Below are positions 17,561 through 25,994 of a stretch of 55,831 bases of DNA, in pieces; the stretch's first letter is position 1; every line of letters begins with the position of its first letter. Below the pieces are notes generated by a model. It saw nothing but the letters and a program-made list of their open reading frames with translations, made no database searches and had not been told where the DNA came from. Source of the stretch: a virus (lineage: Duplodnaviria > Caudoviricetes); IMG/VR virus record IMGVR_UViG_3300027336_000040, positions 1 to 55,831 of that record. One strand, written 5' to 3'. Both the position numbers and the translations under genes were made by a program.

Positions 17561-18407
17561 TTGTTGTTTCCTCTTGTGGTTGACTGGCTTTGATCTGCTG
17601 CCACTGCGAACAGAAGGGCGCGACCTCGCAGTACTCCTCGCACCTGCGGTTACGTCCGGGACGCTCTTGCACGTAATGACCGGGCGGGATATCGCCCAGC
17701 TCAGACAGGATCGGGACAACGCGTTTTGCGCGCTTGCCACCCTCTTTCATGAGGGCATAGGTAGTCCCGCTGTACCAGCGCTCCTCCGGGGAGCACTCGA
17801 TCTCTTCACCAGAGTCACTGCGCTGGTGGAAAGAAACCCTCTCTCTCACGTAACTCTCACAGTCTCCCAACGGCCAAGCTGGCACGTCAATGACTTGTAT
17901 TGCCTGCTTTGGGTAATCGTCGCGCCGTTGCGACTCTGCGCGTTTCCAATCCCGGAAAATGGCAACGACTTGCAGGCGGTCGACCTGATAGCCGTTCTTG
18001 TGAGCAAGCCAACGCAGCACGTTGAGCTGACGAGTCCACGACTCGTCGCCTAAGTACTTGTACGTAGAGCAGACCTTCCAGTCTTGCAGCGTCCTGTCGG
18101 CCAGGTGCATGCGGTCGAACTGACCGCTCACCTTCCAGCCATCGACCTCGGCGTACAGGCGCTCCTCAACAAGGGCGCTTGTCTCAGCCCTCTCGAGGAC
18201 TGTGTGGACGGCCTGACCCATCACGGACCAGACGCGCTCTGACACGTCCTCGACCACGCTCTCCTTGTGCGCCCTGTAAAGGGTGCGACGACGTGGCGAA
18301 TCAATCAGCTTGGTCGCGGAAATATCGCCGCCGCCCTGATACGGGTCGTTCAGGACGGCCGCGACGAACGCGTCAGGCAAGCCGTGTACGTTGGTGTAGA
18401 GGGACAT
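17544..18407 (-). CDS. PD-(D/E)xK exonuclease, Cas4/RecB-like
   Basis: GQAVH, GQFD...QDWK, QLN motifs and C-terminal Cys cluster (RCEEYCEVAPFC). Confidence 0.8.
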   Translation of the reverse strand: MSLYTNVHGLPDAFVAAVLNDPYQGGGDISATKLIDSPRRRTLYRAHKESVVEDVSERVWSVMGQAVHTVLERAETSALVEERLYAEVDGWKVSGQFDRMHLADRTLQDWKVCSTYKYLGDESWTRQLNVLRWLAHKNGYQVDRLQVVAIFRDWKRAESQRRDDYPKQAIQVIDVPAWPLGDCESYVRERVSFHQRSDSGEEIECSPEERWYSGTTYALMKEGGKRAKRVVPILSELGDIPPGHYVQERPGRNRRCEEYCEVAPFCSQWQQIKASQPQEETTNDVDF

Positions 18408-18414
18408 CGCGGCC

Positions 18415-18684
18415 TCAGAAAGGAATGTCCTGGTCCTGACGTGCAGGAGCTGCGCGATAGCCGCCGTTGCCGCCGTCGTTCTTTGTGTACTTGGGGTCGG
18501 GCAGCTTCAGGACGCCGGACTCGAAGGGCGTGCCGTTCTTGCTGACCTTGCTCCAGATGGCAACGTCGTACTTAGTCCCATCAGGGAAGGTGACGGTGCC
18601 GGTCTTGGTCGGGGCCTTGGCGCTGGTGGCTCGTGTGTTCTCGAAGAGAACGATCTCGATCTGGTTGTTGTACGTAGCGGACAT
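18415..18684 (-). CDS. Small SSB-like protein (DUF736-like)
   Basis: Beta-rich body, acidic-aromatic DIPF tail, next to ERF. Confidence 0.65.
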   Translation of the reverse strand: MSATYNNQIEIVLFENTRATSAKAPTKTGTVTFPDGTKYDVAIWSKVSKNGTPFESGVLKLPDPKYTKNDGGNGGYRAAPARQDQDIPF

Positions 18685-18687
18685 GAA

Positions 18688-19290
18688 TTACTCCTGAGTT
18701 GCGGTTGCTTCTTTGGCTTGCAGACGAGCGACGACTTCTTGCACCTTGGTTGCGGGAAGGTCGCTCAACGAATTGATCTTGTAGGCGGCGCAGATGGCGG
18801 TCGTGTCGACGCCTTTGGCTGCTGCCAGCTTCGAGATCGTGTCCACGTCCAAAGCTGAGGCCTTGGCCGGGGTGGGTGCTGCGGGTGCAGCGGTCGGGGC
18901 GCGACGCACGGGTGGTGCAGCAGTCGCTGCGTTGCCGTCGTCGTCCTCGGGGGCGATGCCGCATGCAGCCATAAGGCTGTAGCGACGCGCATAGGTGAGC
19001 GCCGAGCCGTACCCCTGGGCGTCGTGCTTAGACGAAGGGACGTGCAGCTTTCCGGCGCTGAAGGTCTCGCCGCTTTCGTGGATGAACGTGGTCTCCACGA
19101 TCACGCCGTTGTCGCACTCATGGGTCTGCTGGATCAGGGCCAGGCCGTTGTCGTTGAGCGCGTCGATGACGGCCTCAACACATGTGGCGAGGTCCGCATA
19201 GCGGCTCTTGAAGTGCGGGTTGGCGCTCTGTTTGAGGGCTGGACCGAACGCTTTTTGCGCACGAACCAACGCCGAGGCGATTTCTTTCAT
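18688..19290 (-). CDS. erf: ERF-family single-strand annealing protein
   Basis: NPHFKSRYADL, HESGE, QGYGSALTYARRYSLMAACGIAPEDDDGN. Confidence 0.92.
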   Translation of the reverse strand: MKEIASALVRAQKAFGPALKQSANPHFKSRYADLATCVEAVIDALNDNGLALIQQTHECDNGVIVETTFIHESGETFSAGKLHVPSSKHDAQGYGSALTYARRYSLMAACGIAPEDDDGNAATAAPPVRRAPTAAPAAPTPAKASALDVDTISKLAAAKGVDTTAICAAYKINSLSDLPATKVQEVVARLQAKEATATQE

Positions 19291-19617
19291 GGGTTCTCCG
19301 TGAGACTGGTTGAAAATTGGCGATAGCCAAATTGAATTGGACAGTCGCCGCGTTTTGTGGGTTGTAGTGTAGCTGTAAATGCAACGCTGTTGCTTTAGGG
19401 TATACCCCTATGGCAAAGTAAATTTCGTCGCAGATAATTCAACCCACTGATTCGTCTACGTTTTTTTGAGCGCCGAGGTGTTTGCTTAGATTGTTCTAAG
19501 TCACGCAGCGAAGCGTAACAAATAGGTCGGCGGTACGCAGACAAGCGGCGAAGCACACACAGCTCTATAGCTGCTCGCTATCGCTACATACAGCAACGCT
19601 TTTACTCACGGAGAACA
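19291..19617. promoter_or_regulatory. Divergent control region between recombination/integration and replication operons
   Basis: AT-richer intergenic space; TAGGGTATACCCCTA palindrome at 19396-19410; no repressor ORF. Confidence 0.6.
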
Positions 19618-21324
19618 ATGAAAACTTTTCAGGATTTCGGAATTGACCTGAAGGGTCGGACTGGCGAGGAGGTCAAGACGACCTGCCCGCAGTGCTCGCA
19701 CACCCGAAAGAAGCAGAGCTACCCCTGCTTGAACGTCAACACGCTCAAGGGCATCTGGCACTGCCATCACTGCGGCTGGTCCGGTGGTCTGGGCAGCGGC
19801 GTCATCAACCGCTCTGCCCCACCCTCACGTCGCGTCTACCCCAAGCCCGAGTTCCGTCCGGCCAGCCTGAGCGAGAAGGCTCACGAGTGGTTCACCAAGC
19901 GCGGCGTCACCACTGAGGTGCTGGTCCGCAACCGCGTGAGCATGGAGCGGGTCTGGATGCCTCAGATCGAGGACGAGGTCACGGCGATTGCCTTCCCCTA
20001 CTACAAGGGCGGCGAGGTCGTGAACATCAAGTACCGGGACGCGCAGAAGAACTTCCGCCAGGTCGCTGGCGCAGAGAAGATCCTCTACAAGTACGACGAC
20101 ATCTCGACCCAGCAGACCATCATCTGCGAGGGTGAGATGGACGCCCTGTCCCTCGAGGTCGCGGGGTTCCAGCACTGCATCAGCGTGCCTGATGGGGCGC
20201 CCGAGGTAAGGGCCACCAACTTCGACAAGAAGTTCGAGTTCCTTGACGACGAGCGACTCGACGCCGTCAAGCAATGGGTGCTCGCAGTTGACTCTGACGA
20301 GCCTGGTCGCAAGCTCGAGGACGAGCTCTCTCGCCGCCTGGGCAGGGAGAAGTGCCTTCGGGTGATCTGGCCCGAAGACTGCAAAGACGCCAACGAGGTG
20401 CTGGTCAAGCACGGCGCTCAACGTCTGCGCGAGTGCATCGAGGATGCCAAGCCCTTCCCTGTCGAAGGCGTGTTCTCGATCGACGACATTGCTGACGACA
20501 TCGACCAGATGCTCGAGTTCGGCATGGTCCAGGGCGAGCCGACCGGATGGGAGTCGGTCAACGGCCTGTACAAACCAGCGCCTGGTCAGTGGACCCTGGT
20601 CACAGGCATCCCCTCGATGGGCAAGTCCGAGTGGCTGGACGCGATGGCGGTGAACATCGCAGAGAACGCTGGCTGGACCTTCGGCATCTGCTCACCTGAG
20701 AACCAGCCGATCTCGTGGCACGCCGCAAAGCTGATCGAGAAGCGCATGGGCTCTCGCCTCGTGGCTGGTCAGGTGGATCGCGTGAGGTTCGCCGACGCCA
20801 AGGAGTGGATGAACCAGCACTTCCACTTCATCATGCCCGAGGAGCCAAGCCTTGATTCCGTGCTGGCTAAGGCTAAGGTCCTGATCCGCAGGCAGGGCAT
20901 GAAGGGTCTGATCATCGACCCGTACAACGAGCTCGATCACACCAAGCGCAAGGACGGGGTGAGTGAGACCGAGTACGTCTCGCTGTTCCTCACGCAGATG
21001 CGCAAGTTCGCCCGTGACAACCAGATCCACATCTGGCTGGTGGCGCACCCCTCGAAGCTGATGAAGGATAAGGACGGCACGTACCCCGTGCCCGATGGCT
21101 ACGCCGTCTCAGGCTCGGCGCACTTCTACAACAAGGCCGACAACATCATTGCCGTCCACCGGGACACCAGCAACCCGCGTGCGGCCACCGAGGTCCACGT
21201 CCAGAAGGTTCGTAGCCGCTGGCTTGGCAAGCGCGGCACAGCGTACCTGCAATGGCAGTCGCACTCCGGCCGCTTCACTGAGTTCAACGGGGCGTACTCC
21301 CCACCAACAGGGGGTGACGCATGA
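19618..21324 (+). CDS. Bifunctional primase-helicase (T7 gp4/Twinkle-like)
   Basis: Zn ribbon CPQC..CHHC, TOPRIM CEGEMDALS/DSDEPG/KDANE, Walker A GIPSMGKS, IIDPYN, LVAHP. Confidence 0.92.
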   Translation: MKTFQDFGIDLKGRTGEEVKTTCPQCSHTRKKQSYPCLNVNTLKGIWHCHHCGWSGGLGSGVINRSAPPSRRVYPKPEFRPASLSEKAHEWFTKRGVTTEVLVRNRVSMERVWMPQIEDEVTAIAFPYYKGGEVVNIKYRDAQKNFRQVAGAEKILYKYDDISTQQTIICEGEMDALSLEVAGFQHCISVPDGAPEVRATNFDKKFEFLDDERLDAVKQWVLAVDSDEPGRKLEDELSRRLGREKCLRVIWPEDCKDANEVLVKHGAQRLRECIEDAKPFPVEGVFSIDDIADDIDQMLEFGMVQGEPTGWESVNGLYKPAPGQWTLVTGIPSMGKSEWLDAMAVNIAENAGWTFGICSPENQPISWHAAKLIEKRMGSRLVAGQVDRVRFADAKEWMNQHFHFIMPEEPSLDSVLAKAKVLIRRQGMKGLIIDPYNELDHTKRKDGVSETEYVSLFLTQMRKFARDNQIHIWLVAHPSKLMKDKDGTYPVPDGYAVSGSAHFYNKADNIIAVHRDTSNPRAATEVHVQKVRSRWLGKRGTAYLQWQSHSGRFTEFNGAYSPPTGGDA

Positions 21325-21566
21325 CACTCGAAGAGCTGCGCAGCATTCCGCTGCAATACACGTTTGGCTACAGCGCCGACACCCACGCCGTACGTCAGTA
21401 CATGAGCAAGGACAAGCTGATCTGCAAGCAGGTCAGCACACCTCGCAACAAGAAGACCGGGATGTGGGGCAACGGCAAAGTGACCTACATGCTCGTGCCC
21501 ACCAAGCAGGAGTTCGAGACAGTCGAGGAGCTGCTCGAGGCCATCAATGCTCGGGAGGCCTCATGA
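21321..21566 (+). CDS. Hypothetical protein
   Basis: ATGA overlap with helicase. Confidence 0.6.
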   Translation: MTLEELRSIPLQYTFGYSADTHAVRQYMSKDKLICKQVSTPRNKKTGMWGNGKVTYMLVPTKQEFETVEELLEAINAREAS

Positions 21567-21793
21567 CCCGCGAAGACATCATCCGCATGGCGCGGGCTTC
21601 AGGCTGGTCAGACAAGGACATCGACAGCCTGATGTACATCGTCGAGACAGCCGCCGCAGCAGAGCGTGAGGCGTGTGCAAAGGTGTGTGAAGGGCTTACA
21701 CCTGAGTGGCCAGACCAGCTAGGCATCGCCCAGGCTGAGCGGACGACCATGCTTGACTGCGCCGCAGCCATCCGAGCAAGGGGGCGAGCATGA
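21563..21793 (+). CDS. Hypothetical protein
   Basis: MTREDIIRMA...AEREACAKVCE...AAAIRARG, common in betaproteobacterial phages. Confidence 0.7.
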   Translation: MTREDIIRMARASGWSDKDIDSLMYIVETAAAAEREACAKVCEGLTPEWPDQLGIAQAERTTMLDCAAAIRARGRA

Positions 21794-22083
21794 CTTATCG
21801 CAACCGCAAGCTTCTTGACCTGGCTAAGGACCAGCGATGCGTGATGTGTGGCGCTGATGACGGCACGGTCGTGGCGGCGCACAGCAATCTTGGCGAGCAC
21901 GGCAAGGGCTTTGCGCAGAAGGCGCATGACGGCATGGCCGCATGGCTCTGCTATCGGTGTCACGCCGAGTACGACCAGGGCAACAAGATGAACAAGGTGG
22001 ACAAGCGTGACTACATCCTCACGGCTATCTGCAAGACGTACCAAGAGATGTGGATCAAAGGACTTATCGGGGTGAACAAATGA
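21790..22083 (+). CDS. DUF1364/DUF968-like Zn-binding HNH-type nuclease
   Basis: CVMCG..TVVAAHSN..GKG...CYRCH. Confidence 0.75.
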   Translation: MTYRNRKLLDLAKDQRCVMCGADDGTVVAAHSNLGEHGKGFAQKAHDGMAAWLCYRCHAEYDQGNKMNKVDKRDYILTAICKTYQEMWIKGLIGVNK

Positions 22084-22457
22084 CAGAAGAGTTTTTCAAG
22101 AGCACTCAAGCGATTCGTGAAGAGTCGATCGGAATGATCAAGACACTGCGCGCAGTGCGTGGCGAGAACTACGCACGGCTGGTTCACTCGATCATCCTTG
22201 CCGATCAGATCGAGAACGTCACCAACATCTTTGTCGAGAGCACCACGCCTGAGACGAGAGAGCTGGCGCAGGGCATCTCCAAAGCGCAGATGAGCATGGT
22301 TGCGCAGATCATGACCTACTACACCCGCTGCACTCAGTTCAGCAAGGAGCAGATCGCAGAGGCGATTGCGGACGCCGATCGGATTCAGCGCAGCACGTAC
22401 GACCTGATCTCCAAAGCCGACGATCTGAGCAAGGCGGGAAAGGTGATGGGCGAATGA
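22080..22457 (+). CDS. Hypothetical protein
   Basis: ATGA overlap; helical. Confidence 0.6.
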   Translation: MTEEFFKSTQAIREESIGMIKTLRAVRGENYARLVHSIILADQIENVTNIFVESTTPETRELAQGISKAQMSMVAQIMTYYTRCTQFSKEQIAEAIADADRIQRSTYDLISKADDLSKAGKVMGE

Positions 22458-22666
22458 TCGAGAACGACATCACCATGCCTGGCATGCGAGACATCAGTGG
22501 CTACTCAGCTAACTGCTCGCGTTGCGAAGAGCGCAGGCCAATCGACGACGGCGTACAGATCAGCCGAAGCAAATGGGTATGCGGCAAGTGCTGGCGTCTG
22601 AAGGCAACCCGCCCTACTGGCGCGATGGCCGCGCTTTCTGCCGAGGGAAGGCGAGGCAAGTCATGA
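22454..22666 (+). CDS. Small Zn-ribbon protein
   Basis: CSRC...CGKC. Confidence 0.55.
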   Translation: MIENDITMPGMRDISGYSANCSRCEERRPIDDGVQISRSKWVCGKCWRLKATRPTGAMAALSAEGRRGKS

Positions 22667-23082
22667 GCATCGGCAAAGTCGTACGTAACGCAGGGTCGCA
22701 TCGCATCCTGTACGCGCTGTCCTTCGGCGAGAAGAGCAGCAAGGAACTCAAGCTAGTCGTCGGCGCGATCAACAGCATCAGCCGATTCGATGGCGAGTAC
22801 ATGTCCCGCCTCGTGGCCAGTGGCTACGTGCGCAGCGTTCAAAGCGCATGGGCAATCACCAAGTCAGGCAAGGCAAAGCTCGAAGAGCTCGGCCCTGTCT
22901 CTGGCTTCAATCCTGAATCAAAGAGTCTCAAGAACACCAAGATGCTGCTCCCTAACTACGTCCCCGAGCGGGACAACAAACAGCGCCCATTGCGCCCAGG
23001 ATCGCAGGACTTCCTTGCGTACCCGAGCCGCATCGGCAACTGGCACTACTACCGTGATGGCCGCATAGAAAGGATCGAATGA
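22663..23082 (+). CDS. Winged-helix-like protein
   Basis: ILYALSFGEKSSKEL...RLVASGYV...WAITKSGK. Confidence 0.5.
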   Translation: MSIGKVVRNAGSHRILYALSFGEKSSKELKLVVGAINSISRFDGEYMSRLVASGYVRSVQSAWAITKSGKAKLEELGPVSGFNPESKSLKNTKMLLPNYVPERDNKQRPLRPGSQDFLAYPSRIGNWHYYRDGRIERIE

Positions 23083-23417
23083 TGGACATCGAAGAAATGC
23101 TGGAGTTGTACCGCCAGCTTGCAGACAGGTACGCACCCGCCCGCGCTGCGCGTGGCCACCTCGAGGACTACAAGAAGTCCTGCCTGGCCATGCTCATGAA
23201 GGACGCCGAGCGCGAGAAGAAGATCACGACCACGTCCGGTCAAGAGCGTGAGGCCTATGCCCACCCCACGTACATCAAGCTGCTCGATGACCTCAAGCAG
23301 GCGGTGTATGAGGAGGAGAAGGTTCGCTACCACCTCAAGGCAGTCGAACTTCAGATCGAGTTGTACCGCACCAAGAGTGCGAACGAGCGTGCGGAGCGCC
23401 GCGCATACGGAGCCTGA
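23079..23417 (+). CDS. Conserved coiled-coil phage protein (possibly recombination-mediator-like)
   Basis: QEREAYAHPTY...YRTKSANER. Confidence 0.55.
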   Translation: MMDIEEMLELYRQLADRYAPARAARGHLEDYKKSCLAMLMKDAEREKKITTTSGQEREAYAHPTYIKLLDDLKQAVYEEEKVRYHLKAVELQIELYRTKSANERAERRAYGA

Positions 23418-23419
23418 CC

Positions 23420-23656
23420 ATGAGCATCACATTGAAGTACACAGCAGTGGCTCCATTGGTCGAGGCCAACCTCAGGCAAGTCATCAAGGCCGACCTGCGC
23501 AAGCGCCTGAACGAGGTGGTGAATCAGGAGATCGACGCTGTCATCGAGGAGGCCTGCAACGACATCGTTGCCAGGGTCTATGAGGTGCGCGACATCGGAC
23601 TCGATGGCATCACTCTGCAAATCGCGATCAACGGCGTGAGGAAGGACGTGTCATGA
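23420..23656 (+). CDS. Hypothetical protein
   Basis: Operon packing. Confidence 0.55.
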   Translation: MSITLKYTAVAPLVEANLRQVIKADLRKRLNEVVNQEIDAVIEEACNDIVARVYEVRDIGLDGITLQIAINGVRKDVS

Positions 23657-23958
23657 ACGAGCAGTGGAAGTTCTCGGCACAGCGGGAAATCTGGAGCGAT
23701 GCCATCTCGCTGCGCATTGGCGTCAAGCAAGACGATGGCGGCTTCTCTGTCGCCGAGCCACTGACCATGCGTGTCATCGAGTCTGGCCAGACGGTCTCGC
23801 CTTGTATGAGCATCCCGTTCGGTGCAGCGCAGTCTTTGATGGATGAGCTGTGGCAGGCGGGGTGCAGGCCATCGCAGTCGATCGGCACAGCAGGCCAGAT
23901 CGAATCAATGAAACATCACCTGGAAGACATGCGTCGACTGGTATTTGAAAGCAAGTAA
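23653..23958 (+). CDS. Hypothetical protein
   Basis: AQSLMDELWQAGCRP...HLEDMRRLVF motif. Confidence 0.6.
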   Translation: MNEQWKFSAQREIWSDAISLRIGVKQDDGGFSVAEPLTMRVIESGQTVSPCMSIPFGAAQSLMDELWQAGCRPSQSIGTAGQIESMKHHLEDMRRLVFESK

Positions 23959-24359
23959 TGAAGTGGTTGGACCGAAGAATCTCTGCGCCTGGGCCACACC
24001 TGACCTTGTGCTTGAGTGACCGCGAATACAAGCAGGCGATGAAGCACATGAACTGTGAGCCGATCTCGCCTTGGATTAAGACCAGCCAGGCGGATGCAAC
24101 AGCGCACCACCTGGTCTCCGCCAAGGGATTGGCTTGCATCGTCTGTTTGAGTGGATGGGAAGAGCGAAACCCCATCGAGATAGCTGGCCTGCTGGTACAC
24201 GAGGCGGTTCACATCTGGCAGGAATACTGCGATTACTACGGCGAGTCATCACCCGGCCGAGAGCAAGAGGCGTACGCCATTCAGGCAGTGGCGCAAGAGT
24301 TGATGGCGGAGTTCTCGTCTCGACTCAGCAAGAGCAGCAAAGCAAAGAAGGGTAAGTAA
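23958..24359 (+). CDS. Small HExxH (zincin-like) protein
   Basis: LLVHEAVHIW...EQEAY. Confidence 0.6.
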   Translation: MKWLDRRISAPGPHLTLCLSDREYKQAMKHMNCEPISPWIKTSQADATAHHLVSAKGLACIVCLSGWEERNPIEIAGLLVHEAVHIWQEYCDYYGESSPGREQEAYAIQAVAQELMAEFSSRLSKSSKAKKGK

Positions 24360-24811
24360 TGGGAAAGATCAACAGCAGGGCGAAAGGCGCCCAGGCCGAA
24401 AGAAGCTTCATCAAGGAGTTGAGCGAGTTCCTGGGGGATGCGCTACTCGAGCCGATGAAGCGCAACCTGGAGCAGACCCGCAAGGGTGGTCACGACATCG
24501 TTGGGCTGGATGGCTTTGCCATCGAGATCAAACGGTACAAGGTAATCAAGGAGGGGGACATCGTCAGGTTTTGGGCGCAGGCCGTGGATCAAGCGAGGCG
24601 TGTCGACGCCGAGCCAGTGCTGGCGTACCGGGAAGACTTCTGCTCGTGGCGTGTGCGAATCCCGTGGGGATTCATGATGGAAGAGGACTGGGATGAGGAT
24701 GTGGACTTCACCATTGAGCTGTCGCTCAAGGCATTTGCCACCCTGGTGCGGGAGCGGCTTGTCCTCGCCGCTTTACAAAGCAACGCAACACCACATAAGA
24801 TCGCGGCATGA
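24359..24811 (+). CDS. Holliday junction resolvase-like PD-(D/E)xK nuclease
   Basis: SRAKGAQAER...GGHDI...IEIKR...WAQA. Confidence 0.8.
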   Translation: MGKINSRAKGAQAERSFIKELSEFLGDALLEPMKRNLEQTRKGGHDIVGLDGFAIEIKRYKVIKEGDIVRFWAQAVDQARRVDAEPVLAYREDFCSWRVRIPWGFMMEEDWDEDVDFTIELSLKAFATLVRERLVLAALQSNATPHKIAA

Positions 24812-24858
24812 AGCGTTGAGGCATGAGCCTCCACCCAAATGCGGTGAGCTGCAACATA

Positions 24859-24890
24859 GGCCCCTGGCATTGCGTCCAGGGGCTTTTCAT
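24859..24890 (+). terminator. Intrinsic terminator of the replication operon
   Basis: GCCCCTGG-loop-CCAGGGGC-TTTT. Confidence 0.75.
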
Positions 24891-24898
24891 TTGGGCGG

Positions 24899-24918
24899 TC
24901 GTGTAAATATCGACTTGG
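24899..24918. promoter_or_regulatory. Post-terminator motif, copy 1 (TCGTGTAAATATCGACTTGG)
   Basis: 15 bp identical to 32113-32127; similar to 30172-30187. Confidence 0.6.
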
Positions 24919-24929
24919 CCCCCGAGGTT

Positions 24930-24959
24930 AAAAAAAAGAAATGGGGGCATAGCCCCCAC
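24930..24959 (-). terminator. Intrinsic terminator of the early operon
   Basis: GTGGGGG-CTATG-CCCCCAT then TTCTTTTTTTT on the minus strand. Confidence 0.75.
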
Positions 24960-24962
24960 TCT

Positions 24963-25373
24963 TTACTGGAAGAAGTCCTTGATGCGCTGCCACAGGCTGC
25001 GCTTCGGACCACGAATCATGGTGATGGTTCCGGCCTCGACCGGGGTCGGCTCGGGCATCACTATCTTCGGCGGCTTGTCCTTGACGATCTTGATCACTGG
25101 CTTGGGCTGCTTTCTGGCCAGACCGGGCGTGTCCTTGTTCCGGTCTGGAGTCGTGCCAGCCTTAGCGTAGTCATCGTACCCAGGCCAGAGACCGGCGCTC
25201 ATGAGCACGTTGTAGATGGTCGAGGTTGGACGACGCATTGCATCGGCGATCTCTTGCACCTTGCCCTGGCCTGACGTCCAGAGCTGGATGATGGTCATGC
25301 GTTCTTGCGGCGATACCTTGCGGCGCGGCGAGGACTTGCGTTTTCTTGGCTTGGTTGGTTCTGTGGAGCTCAT
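24963..25373 (-). CDS. HTH-containing protein
   Basis: ERMTIIQLWTSGQGKVQEIADAMRRPTSTIYNVL. Confidence 0.6.
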   Translation of the reverse strand: MSSTEPTKPRKRKSSPRRKVSPQERMTIIQLWTSGQGKVQEIADAMRRPTSTIYNVLMSAGLWPGYDDYAKAGTTPDRNKDTPGLARKQPKPVIKIVKDKPPKIVMPEPTPVEAGTITMIRGPKRSLWQRIKDFFQ

Positions 25374-25573
25374 AACTGAAAAGTCTTTCTGAGATACGAC
25401 ATCATGTTTTTCTTCCACCTCTGGTCGCTCGGCGACACCGGGAAGATGACTTTGTGAATCACGTCGTCCTTTCGGATGACGCACTTGATGTGTCCGCCTG
25501 ATTGATCGGTGGACTCGAGCCTGAGCCCGAGTCCCTTGATCAACCGCCGAACTTCTAGTTGATGGCGGTCCAC
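25370..25573 (-). CDS. HicA-like (dsRBD-fold) small protein
   Basis: LGLRLE..SGGHIKC...FPVSPSD pattern; GTG start inferred. Confidence 0.45.
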   Translation of the reverse strand: MDRHQLEVRRLIKGLGLRLESTDQSGGHIKCVIRKDDVIHKVIFPVSPSDQRWKKNMMSYLRKTFQL

Positions 25574-25818
25574 TCCTTTCCTTTCCTGATTCCCACTTCC
25601 TCGGGTGGGTAGCCGTCCGGGTACTGGATGTATCCATTGCTGGTGATGGTTGTCTCTGGGTGAATCCTGAGAGACATCATCACGGGCGAGTGAGTGACGC
25701 GCTGGATGCGCTGACGTGCAACTTCGATGGAAGGCCCACGCGAGCGTGAGCCGTCCTTGCACACCAGCATGTACTCCAGCTCTACCTCATTGCGAGGTAT
25801 CGCCTTGATTGCTGGCAT
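25555..25818 (-). CDS. Hypothetical protein
   Basis: ORF track; operon packing. Confidence 0.55.
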   Translation of the reverse strand: MPAIKAIPRNEVELEYMLVCKDGSRSRGPSIEVARQRIQRVTHSPVMMSLRIHPETTITSNGYIQYPDGYPPEEVGIRKGKEWTAIN

Positions 25819-25981
25819 CGTTGACTGTTTGAATGAGGGTTGTGAGTTCGGTGTGTATCGTGTTTGGGATGAGGTCGATCTCCTTCATGTCTGAGATGGC
25901 TACCTGAATCTGGAGAAGGCGGAACGTGTCTGTCGACGCGTCCGTGATCTCCAGCTTGACGTGCTCTTTCCAATCGTCCAT
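25787..25981 (-). CDS. Hypothetical protein
   Basis: GGAGG RBS then MDDWKEHVKL... Confidence 0.55.
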   Translation of the reverse strand: MDDWKEHVKLEITDASTDTFRLLQIQVAISDMKEIDLIPNTIHTELTTLIQTVNDASNQGDTSQ

Positions 25982-25994
25982 CTGCCTCCCGTGC

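Noticed and set aside
17544-18407. Cas4 as evidence of a CRISPR system
   Set aside because: No repeat-spacer array or other cas genes seen; the ERF/SSB context indicates a recombination exonuclease.
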